Part shown: piece by piece, positions 53,826 through 62,440 of the stretch
Layout of the letters: every line of letters starts with the position of its first letter
How positions within the stretch are numbered: the stretch's first letter is position 1
From: Alphaproteobacteria bacterium
GTDB lineage: Bacteria > Pseudomonadota > Alphaproteobacteria > SHVV01
NCBI GenBank assembly: GCA_965261735.1
Contig: OZ253470.1
Coordinates: 192,001 to 256,000, forward strand
DNA length: 64,000 nt
Direction: 5' to 3'
Notes under the pieces: generated by a model
The model's input: the letters and a program-made list of their open reading frames with translations, nothing else
What the model was told of the DNA's origin: nothing
The model's database searches: none
Translations under genes and position numbers: made by a program

Positions 53826-54719
53826 TCAACCGTGTCGTCTTTTGCTGGTAGCGCCGGCTCGCACCATCTCGGAATCCACCCGCACCATGTGCGCGATGGT
53901 ATCCCTTAGCGCCAGTAGCTCTCGAATAACCCCGCACACATGCCGCGCCTGGTCGCGCGTCGCCGCATATTCGTTGGCATGAGCAAGATCGTCTCGAAGC
54001 GTCTGTATTTCTTCTAGTTTCTCTCGGAAGTTACCCTTGCTATGTTCGCTCTTCGGAAGTTGAAAACCTTTCAGAAGAATTTCCAATTTGTCGCAAAATT
54101 GCGTGAACAGCAGGGCATCAACGAAGCCGTCACCTCGACGTGACCCCTCTATCTCTTTGTTGATCTTCTTCTTGCGGTTGTCACTAAGACTGCGCTTCCA
54201 CTCATCATCGTTTGGATACTCCCTCTTAATTACCTCGAACATGGAGATTTCGAACCCGGTTATCAGTGCGAAGAGGGCCGCCCTGACAGGCAGTTTCTGA
54301 AGGTCCGATAGGCTGACCAAACCGACAATATTGGCCCCGGAGATAACAAGCCGGCAGGGCTTTTTGTCGGCCTCGACGACAAACTCCAGAATGCTGGCGT
54401 CAGCCCCCATTAGATGTTCTTCAGAGAGCGGCACATAGTGCTGCTCAATGTGCCCCTCAACCGACACCTCATCGCAAAACTGCACAGCGTCAAACAGACC
54501 GATGATGCGGTCCTGCTGCCGGTCACCGGGAGCTACGACAGGGAGGAAATCATACGGCTCCGTGTTCCGCGCCATGACGACGGGCAAAGCTTCATGCAGT
54601 GCGCATGTCATGAGCTGGGGTCGTTTCGTCGAAATGAGTTCGACCGTCAGCCCCGCGTGCAGCGCGTGGAAAACATCGACGGCTCCCGCATTGTCATGAT
54701 TGGTCCATTTCTCGGTCAT
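53826..54719 (-). CDS. CBS-pair domain fused to Swt1-like HEPN RNase
   Basis: YDFLPVV..IIGL and LVISGANIVGLVSLSDL (CBS); FTQFCDK..IL and LRDDLAH (R-x4-H). Confidence 0.75.
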   Translation of the reverse strand: MTEKWTNHDNAGAVDVFHALHAGLTVELISTKRPQLMTCALHEALPVVMARNTEPYDFLPVVAPGDRQQDRIIGLFDAVQFCDEVSVEGHIEQHYVPLSEEHLMGADASILEFVVEADKKPCRLVISGANIVGLVSLSDLQKLPVRAALFALITGFEISMFEVIKREYPNDDEWKRSLSDNRKKKINKEIEGSRRGDGFVDALLFTQFCDKLEILLKGFQLPKSEHSKGNFREKLEEIQTLRDDLAHANEYAATRDQARHVCGVIRELLALRDTIAHMVRVDSEMVRAGATSKRRHG

Positions 54720-54755
54720 GTCCGCGCCTCCTTGCTGTCAGCCGCGGTTGAATAG

Positions 54756-55895
54756 TGGCCTGCCCCCGATTAGTGGTCCAGCGCTTAAGTTAGAGTTTGG
54801 CGCGGGTTAAGTTGATGGGCCGACCGTAGCCCCTCAACAGCGTAGGTTGGCCCCTCAACGGCCCGGGTCACCTTGGGAGAACGGATACAACGAGAGCTTC
54901 AACTCAAAGCTCCGGAACGAAATCCTGAACACGGAGATCTTCTCTACACTGAAGGAGGCCAAAGTGCTGATCGAACGATGGCGGCATCACTATAATACCA
55001 TCCGGCCGCATAGCTCGCTCGGATACAGACCGCCGACCCCAGAAACCATCTTGCCAAACGAGCTCGATATAGAGGGTCTTGACGCCGATCCTGCCGAGCC
55101 AGTCGCGGACGGCATGAGCGGTAAACTCTGAGCCGTTGTCGGAACGGATATGATCCGGCGGGCCATGTTGGACGAAGAGCTCGGTCAGACAATGGAGTAC
55201 ATTGTCCGAGTTCAATCTTCGCTCGACGACAACGGCCATGCACCGCCTGGTGAACTCATCGATCACGGTGAGCATGCGGAACTTCCTCCCATCGTGTGTT
55301 CGATCCATGACGAAGTCATAGGACCAGACGTGATTGGGCCAGCACGACCGCAGACGGATGCAGGATCCGTCGTTGAGCCACAGCCTGCCCCGTTTCGGTT
55401 GCTTCTGTGGGACCTTCAGCCCCTCCCGCCGCCAGATGCGCTGGACCCGCTTGGCGTTCACGTGCCAACCTTCGGTCCTGAGCAAGGCAGTGATCCGCCG
55501 ATAGCCATATCTGCCATACTGGCTGGCCAAGCGGATGATCGCGGCCGTGAGTGCCTCTTCATCATCCCGACCACGGGGTCTCTTGCGCTGGGTTGAGCGA
55601 TGTTGGCCTGCAACAGCACAGGCACGTCGCTCGGAGATTCCCAGTTCGGCCTGGAGATGATCAACACACTGCCGGTGACGGGCGGGGCTTAGCAATTTCC
55701 CTCAAGCGCCTCTTTCAAGATCAGCTTATCCAACGTCAGATCCGAGATCGCCTTCCGGAGACGGCCATTCTCCTTCTCCAGGTCCTTCAGACGCTTGGCC
55801 TGGTCAGTACGAAGGCCGCCATATTCCTTGCGCCAGCGATAGTAACTCTGCTCCGATACGCCGAGCGTGCGGCAAGCTTGACCAACGGACTGGCC
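54756..55895 (-). mobile_element. IS3-family (IS407-like) element, left end lost, with internal inversion
   Basis: End TGGCCTGCCCCC; orfA YYRWRKEYGG..LEKENGRL; GGGAAAT slippery site 55701-55695; orfB YGYRRI, WSYDF, RSDNGSEF. Confidence 0.9.
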
Positions 55896-56515
55896 CGGCG
55901 AGGATGTGCGAGCCCAGGTTGGGGATGGTGATCCAGGGCAGGATCAGGAACCTCGGATTGTCGGCGACGAGCGGGAGGTTCTTCTCGCGTGCATGGGCAT
56001 CAATCCGGATGCCGCTGATAATCCGTGGTTGCGGGAGGCGATGAAGCCGCTGGTGAGGGACGACTACGACAGGAAGCTGCCTGTCGAGGTCCTGCGCTCG
56101 GGCGACCGGGTCGAACTGCCGGCCGTCCTGACGTTCGGGTCGGGCGTCGTGTTCAAGGTGAAATGGCGGTGGCGTGAGGAGAACGGCGAGCAGAGGGAGC
56201 GAACAAATCGGAAATGGCTGGTCGTCTGGCCGCGCGGATGGGATTAAGCAAGGCCGAGGGGAAGGATGCGGTGGACAGCGTGTTCGCGGCGATCGGCGAG
56301 GCGCTTGCGCAGGAGGAGGATGTGACCGGATTGAGCCAGGCTGACCCAACGCCGGCCCGGAGCGCCCTGCCACCTGGCGCAACATTGGCCATCTGCCGCA
56401 GAGCCCGCCGCGAATCGAACGGGTGATCGAGCCGGAGAGCCGGGACTGCCCGTGCGGCTGCGGGAGATGGTGCGGGTCGGCGAAGACCGGAGCGAGAGCC
56501 TGGACATCGTTCCCA
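55895..56515. pseudogene. mosaic of fragments: DUF4338-like, HU-like, IS66 TnpC zinc finger
   Basis: (-) NLPLVADNPRFLILPWI.IPNLGSHIL; (+) LAARMGLSKAEGKDAVDSVFAAIGEAL; (+) VIEPESRDCPCGCG/EMVRVGEDRSESLDIVP. Confidence 0.6.
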
Positions 56516-56587
56516 GTACTTCGTCCTTCCGAAACTCTGAAAGCGAAGCTACCCTTCGTGCACGATGGGCAGGGCGGAGCTGAAAGA

Positions 56588-59500
56588 ATGATTGAGGGAG
56601 CCCGGCAGCTTTCGCGCCAGCATGTAACGGTTCGAGTGCCGTGGCACGATTCCGGGTGGACGGGCAGGGTCTGCGCAGCGCCATCGGCCAACACGTCCTG
56701 CATGGCGCTGTCGCGCATCGCCAAGAACAAGAGAGCCGACGAGGACTCCTTCCGAGATCGAGACTTCGAAGACCTGGGGGCATCCGAACTCCCGCCATGC
56801 GTCGAGGAGCGAGTGGGCTTCCTCTCCGAACACGACTTTATCTTGAAAAAGCAGCATCCTTACAAGGTTGCCAGCCCTGAGACACACGGACATTTCGGCG
56901 AGACGACGCTCCGATTAGAGGCGTATTCGGCTGCTTGCATTCCATTCGGGTGGATGTTGCGACGTCACGTTGAAGGCGACGAGCGCGCGGGAATGGTAGG
57001 CAAAGCGGACGCGCTAAGACTCGGCTACGATACCGCCCGCGAACCCAAGCTGCCATTCGATACGAGTTGGATACAGGACAAGCGCAACCAACTCGTCATG
57101 CTCGACACATTCTTCGCCGCCCTTGAACCGAAAGGTTCGCTGTGCGTGTTCTACGCCAAGCGGACGCCACTCGCAGAAGACAACCGCCGCGTCATCATCG
57201 GGGTGGGACGGGTCAAGAGTGTGGGCCACATGACCGAATACACCTATGACGCGCCAGGGCCGCTTGAGGGCGTGTTGTGGGAGCGTTGTGTCCGTCACTC
57301 GCTCCGGCTCAAAGGCAATTCAGATGGCTTCCTGATGCCGTACCATGCTCTCCTGGCTGCGGCAGAGGCTGATCCGACTCTAGACCTTGCCGGCAGCGTC
57401 GCGTTCGCGCCGGACGACCAGTTCGACGCGTATTCTTACGCGTCCGAGCATCTGGGCGATGACGCGGCGATTGCCTCGCTGCTGTCGTGTGCGGTCGCCC
57501 TTCGGGCAGCGGCCGAGCACATCGATGTCGAGATCGAGTCGGCGCTGAAATGGATCGACGCCGAGATCGCCCGGTTATGGACGGCACGTGGCGTCTATCC
57601 GGGGCTGGGAAGCGCACTTTCCGCCTTTGGGCTCGATCATGGCGGTCTTCTTGCGCACGAGATTGTCCGCGCCGGTGCCGAGGACGGCAAGGTGTTCGAC
57701 GCGTTCGCCTTCATCGACGCCTTTGTCGCCGATCCAAAGCGGTTCCCACAAGGCGAGCATCTGGGCTTTGGAGCGAGTTTTCGCGAAAAGTGGAGCGGGC
57801 TTCCTCCCGAACGACGTAGGCTGCTGGAACTAGTTGGGCGTTGCAATCTTAAGGCCGACCAAGCGCTCCGTGTCTATCAGCCGAGTATAAGGAGCTTCGC
57901 CCCTTCGACCAGCGACGCTGACGTCCTCGCGAACCCCTACCTGATGTTCGAGTGCGACGAAGCGGCGGCCGAGCGGATCGGCTTTGCAGTGGTCGATCGC
58001 GGCGTGTTCCCGGGCGATGCGGTGCGTGAGGCGGCGCCTTTGGCCTCGCCGACGGAGATGACCGATGCGATCGACAAGCGGCGCGTGCGAGCGCTGATGA
58101 TCGATCTTCTCGAACGCGCGGTCACCGAGGCGGGGCACACGCTATTGCCGCGAAGCTGGATGGTGCAGCGCGCGCTGGCCACACCGCTGGAGCCCAAGTG
58201 CACGATCGACGAGGACGTGATCGCGATCAACAGCGCTTGGCTCACGGAGGGGCTCGCCGAAGCAAAGACCGGGAGCGGCGAACCAGCGTACAAGCTGCAG
58301 CGTTACGCGACTGCCCGCAAAATGATCGGCTCGGCGATCTATAAACGTGTCAGTGCGAAGCAACACGAGCTAAATCACGACTGGCGCAAGCTCGTCGACA
58401 AGGAACTCGGGCCGCTACCGACGGAAACCGACGACCGCAAGGAAGAAGACCGCGCTCGGCACGAGAAGGTGGCCTCGCTCAAGCAGTTGGCGAGATTTCG
58501 GTTTTCGGTGCTTGTCGGACCTGCCGGTTCGGGCAAGACGACGCTGCTGAAAATCCTGTGCAACCTGCCTCAGGTCCGTGAGAGAAAGGTCCTGTTGCTG
58601 GCACCGACGGGGAAGGCGCGGGTCAGGCTGGAGGAAGCCACGGAACGCGTGGGCGAAGGCAAGACGCTCGCCCAGTTCCTACAACGTTTGGATCGCTATG
58701 ACGGTGCTAGCGGGCGCTATTATTGGAACCCCGCCGCCCCGCGTGAGAAGGCGTACCGGACGGTCATCGTCGATGAATGTTCGATGCTGACCGAAGATCA
58801 GCTCGGCGCTCTTCTTGACGCAATTGAAGGCGTGGAGCGCCTCGTCCTCGTCGGCGATCCGCGTCAGTTGCCACCGATCGGTGCGGGCCGCCCGTTCGTC
58901 GACATCTGTCACAAGCTCGCCCCGCCCGAGCAGCCGCCGATCTTTCCGCGTCTCGCCGACGGCTACGCCGAGCTAACGGTGATCGGCCGCCAACGCGGCA
59001 GTGGGCGCGGCGACGTGCTGCTCGCGCGACAATTCAGCGGCGAACCGCTCGATGCTGGTGGCGACGAAGTCTGGGATGCGCTGAACGCAGGCACGCTCGA
59101 CCACGTTCGCTCAGTCCGCTGGGCCGGACCAAGTGCTGTCGAAGGGACGCTGACCACCGAGCTTGTCTCTGGGCTCAAGCTCGTGGGCGGCGACGATGAG
59201 GCGGGGTTCGAGCTGAGCCTCGGCGGAAGCACCTACGAAGGCAATGTCTATTTCTGGTCGGCACGCGAAGTCGGCGGCGACGGCGGAGCTGCGTCGCGTT
59301 CGCATGCCTGGCAGATTCTGTCGCCGATCCGCGCTGGCCTTGCCGGTGTCGACGGGTTGAACCTCGCGGTCCAGCGACGCTTCCGAGTCAAGGCCAAGGC
59401 GCGGGCCGAGGCGACACGTTGGGCGAAGATCCCAAAACCGGCCGGCCCGCAAGGCCTGTTATGGGGTGACAAGGTAATTAACGTCCGCAACAACGGCCGA

Positions 59501-60358
59501 CGACGCACCTACCCGACCCAGGAGAACGCCTATGTCGCGAACGGTGACATAGGCATCATCGTCGGCGGCTTCAAGACGAAGAATATGAAGCGCCGACCAC
59601 GCAATCTCGAAGTTGAGTTCAACAGTCAACGAGGCGTCAAGTTCACTTATCCGTATTGGGAGTTCACCGGCGACGACGGCTCACCCGAACTTGAGCTGGC
59701 CTACGTACTGACCGTTCACAAGACGCAGGGCAGCCAATTCGACCAGATCTTCCTAGTCGTGCCCAAGCATTGTCGACCGCTGACGCGTGAGTTGCTTTAC
59801 ACAGCGCTGACGCGCCATCGTGACCGGCTTGTGATCCTCCACGAGGACGAGATTGGCGCGCTGCGCCGCTACGCCGAACCCGCGGCGTCCGAGATCGCAC
59901 GTCGGATGACCGACCTTTTCGAGGAGCCCACACCGATCGAGGTGGTGACGGACACCGGGCCGAAGTTCCTCGACCAGCATCTCCTACACCGGACGAGCCG
60001 CAACGAACTCGTGCGGTCGAAGGCCGAGCTGGCGATCGCTGAGAAGCTGATCGCGATGGGCGTGCCCTATGTCTACGAGCAACCGCTCATGCTTGGTGGG
60101 CGGACACGGTGGCCGGATTTCACCATTGAAGACGATGAGAGCGGCATCACCTACTACTGGGAGCATCTCGGGCTCCTGTCCGATCCCGCGTATGCGGAGC
60201 GGTGGGCAACTAAGCGGCAGGCTTATCTCGCGGATGGAATCTGCCCTGTCGACCAAGCGGCGGGCGCTGATCGCGTGCTGATCGAGACGCAGGAAACCGA
60301 AGGTTCGGGACTCAACATGCTGGAAGTGGAACGCCTGGCCAGGATTGTCCTCGACTGA
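56588..60358 (+). CDS. RecD-like SF1B helicase with Cys/His-rich N-terminal domain and C-terminal PD-(D/E)xK-like nuclease
   Basis: GPAGSGKT, LLAPTGKA, DECSM, VGDPRQLPPIG, TVHKTQGS, LYTALTR; C-terminal RSKAE..YEQPL..PDFTI..WEHLG; ATG 56588. Confidence 0.88.
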   Translation: MIEGARQLSRQHVTVRVPWHDSGWTGRVCAAPSANTSCMALSRIAKNKRADEDSFRDRDFEDLGASELPPCVEERVGFLSEHDFILKKQHPYKVASPETHGHFGETTLRLEAYSAACIPFGWMLRRHVEGDERAGMVGKADALRLGYDTAREPKLPFDTSWIQDKRNQLVMLDTFFAALEPKGSLCVFYAKRTPLAEDNRRVIIGVGRVKSVGHMTEYTYDAPGPLEGVLWERCVRHSLRLKGNSDGFLMPYHALLAAAEADPTLDLAGSVAFAPDDQFDAYSYASEHLGDDAAIASLLSCAVALRAAAEHIDVEIESALKWIDAEIARLWTARGVYPGLGSALSAFGLDHGGLLAHEIVRAGAEDGKVFDAFAFIDAFVADPKRFPQGEHLGFGASFREKWSGLPPERRRLLELVGRCNLKADQALRVYQPSIRSFAPSTSDADVLANPYLMFECDEAAAERIGFAVVDRGVFPGDAVREAAPLASPTEMTDAIDKRRVRALMIDLLERAVTEAGHTLLPRSWMVQRALATPLEPKCTIDEDVIAINSAWLTEGLAEAKTGSGEPAYKLQRYATARKMIGSAIYKRVSAKQHELNHDWRKLVDKELGPLPTETDDRKEEDRARHEKVASLKQLARFRFSVLVGPAGSGKTTLLKILCNLPQVRERKVLLLAPTGKARVRLEEATERVGEGKTLAQFLQRLDRYDGASGRYYWNPAAPREKAYRTVIVDECSMLTEDQLGALLDAIEGVERLVLVGDPRQLPPIGAGRPFVDICHKLAPPEQPPIFPRLADGYAELTVIGRQRGSGRGDVLLARQFSGEPLDAGGDEVWDALNAGTLDHVRSVRWAGPSAVEGTLTTELVSGLKLVGGDDEAGFELSLGGSTYEGNVYFWSAREVGGDGGAASRSHAWQILSPIRAGLAGVDGLNLAVQRRFRVKAKARAEATRWAKIPKPAGPQGLLWGDKVINVRNNGRRRTYPTQENAYVANGDIGIIVGGFKTKNMKRRPRNLEVEFNSQRGVKFTYPYWEFTGDDGSPELELAYVLTVHKTQGSQFDQIFLVVPKHCRPLTRELLYTALTRHRDRLVILHEDEIGALRRYAEPAASEIARRMTDLFEEPTPIEVVTDTGPKFLDQHLLHRTSRNELVRSKAELAIAEKLIAMGVPYVYEQPLMLGGRTRWPDFTIEDDESGITYYWEHLGLLSDPAYAERWATKRQAYLADGICPVDQAAGADRVLIETQETEGSGLNMLEVERLARIVLD

Positions 60359-61306
60359 ACTTAGATTGCGGTGGATCCCTGTTGTTTGCCCTGTTCGGTC
60401 CACCTTCCGCAAAGAGCAACAATCGGCCATATGGCAGAGTCGTCAAGGAGCAACTGTATGACGCCGGAAAGGTGAAGCACCGTCGGAAACAGCCGGTTAA
60501 CGGAGACGTCGATACGCGGGGTATTTCATGAAATCTCAGGTCTTTGGTCCCTACGACCTTCCGAAGAAAACTGCGGCTAAGGGGAAGGTTCTTGACCTGT
60601 CTCCCAGAGCACTGAATCGCATCTGGGTCGGCCTTGACTTCGCCGTACTTCGAGCATGTATCGCTTGGTGTGAGTTCCGGCGCTACGGAGAGGCCCATCC
60701 AGGTTTTCGCCCGGGCGTCAGGTTCAAGCATTGCGGCGAGGATCGTTGCAGTCAGGATAGCGACCAGTCTCATTCGCCTACTCCCTTATCAACAGCACCA
60801 TTGCCAAGCTGGATACTGTATCGAGGCAGAAAAAGGCAACCCTGGTTGTCAGATCAAACCCTCAGACCCTCAAACTTCCTGTCCTCAGTTCGAGCGCAGA
60901 CACGCGATCCAGGCTGGACCGCCCTCTAATCTTGCGTTTGCGCGCCTCATAGCCAGGGGCGCACCGGGATTGCCTTAGCGTGCTGGGAATCGGATGGGAA
61001 TTTCCGGAAATCAATACCCTGACCGCTGAAGGCGACGAAAGGCGTAGCAATGCTTGCCCTTCAGGTGGGCTGCTGGGCTGGTGACTTCCAACTGTTGTAA
61101 CTAGCCTTGACCTAACATTGCCTCCGAAATCCGGATAAGATCGTTCTTCACCTATGCGGCCTGACCGATGGTCATGTCCCGAATCTTACTGTCGGTGCGG
61201 CTCAGAGAAACTACCAATCCATTCTGCAGAAGTTGCATAGCATTGCGTTGCTGACGCACCGGGATCCCGCGGTGCCAGCCTGTTGATTTAACCCAATGAT
61301 CGCGTT

Positions 61307-61627
61307 CTATTCGGTCGAAACCTGCGTTTTGGCTTCCTCGAGCAGGCGGGTCATCTCGTGACGCACCTTGTGCTCGTCCGTCGCGATCCCTTTGTCAGTC
61401 AGGTCGCCGAGCACCTTCCGCAACACATCGGCATCTCCCGGCTCTTCAAAATCGGCGATCACGACCTGCTTGGCGTAGGCCTCGGCATCCGCGCCAGAAA
61501 TGCCCATTTGCTCCGCTGCCCACAGGCCGAGCAGCTTGTTGCGCCGCGCGATGGTCTTGAACTGGAACTCCTGATCATGCGTGAACTTGGCTTCGGCGGC
61601 TGTTTTGCGGTCATCAAAGGCGGTCAT
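61307..61627 (-). CDS. DUF1476 / F1Fo-ATPase inhibitor zeta-like protein
   Basis: MTAFDDR..AEAKF.HD.E..FK..ARRNKLLGLWAA. Confidence 0.9.
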   Translation of the reverse strand: MTAFDDRKTAAEAKFTHDQEFQFKTIARRNKLLGLWAAEQMGISGADAEAYAKQVVIADFEEPGDADVLRKVLGDLTDKGIATDEHKVRHEMTRLLEEAKTQVSTE

Positions 61628-61959
61628 CGACCGGGCTCCTCAACTTCAGAAGACGGGATCGGCGCTTTGTCCGCCTTTTCATTCTTGTATGCGATGAAGC
61701 CCGACGCGCCTTTGCCTTTGGCGCGGCGCAGTGTGTAGCCATAATTTCCGAGATTGAACTTCGGGTCATTCTCAAAGCCCGCGAGAGCCTCAACGATCTT
61801 CATCGCCACGGGATCCGGCTTGCTCCTGGCTTGTGAGGCAGCCTCCCGCTCCAGCCACCTTGCGAAGACCTCTTCGGCGAGGTCGTCGCCGACAGATTTC
61901 CTAAGCGCGGTCAATTTTCTCACCAGACCTTTGGTGAGCCCGGTCTCATCGATAGCCAT
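61624..61959 (-). CDS. hypothetical protein
   Basis: Clean 111-aa ORF with ATGA overlap to the DUF1476 gene. Confidence 0.75.
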   Translation of the reverse strand: MAIDETGLTKGLVRKLTALRKSVGDDLAEEVFARWLEREAASQARSKPDPVAMKIVEALAGFENDPKFNLGNYGYTLRRAKGKGASGFIAYKNEKADKAPIPSSEVEEPGR

Positions 61960-62155
61960 TTCCTGAACCCCTCATTTCAAGCCTCTTATACTGTCGCGTG
62001 GCCCGGCTGGTGCAGCTGATTGCCACTGTTGCACACCAGCTTGCCGTTTCCCTTTTCACGTCGTTCTGCTTGAACCGATGTGCTGGATGTATTCTACCGC
62101 CAAACCAAGTTAATCGCCGCCGCCGTCGACAAGGGAAATTTACAGGCATTGCCTG

Positions 62156-62440
62156 ATGTTCACCGTAGTCACCCCCACGACGAGTCTTAGCCTTGATGAT
62201 CATTTCATAAAGCGCCCGGCGGCGACATTCTTTGTCACGGTCGAGGGCGGCGGCATGGCCGAACACGGGATCCTTGCCGGCGACATCTTGATCGTCGACC
62301 GTTCGCGCACGCCAGGCACGGGTTCCATCGTCATCGCGGCAATCGAAGGCGAGTTGACCGCGCGTCCGTTCGCCGCCCTCGATGGCGAGGAGGCCCACGT
62401 CTGGGGCGTCGTCGCCGGTGTGGTGCGGAGCCTGCCATGA
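62156..62440 (+). CDS. umuD: shortened UmuD-like protein lacking catalytic residues
   Basis: LSLDDHFIKRPAATFF, GDILIVDRS, IVIAAIEGELT, VWGVV; ATGA overlap with umuC. Confidence 0.8.
   Translation: MFTVVTPTTSLSLDDHFIKRPAATFFVTVEGGGMAEHGILAGDILIVDRSRTPGTGSIVIAAIEGELTARPFAALDGEEAHVWGVVAGVVRSLP

Noticed and set aside
62040-62160. SOS box upstream of umuDC
   Set aside because: Only GTTC-N5-GAAC seen, which does not fit GTTC-N7-GTTC
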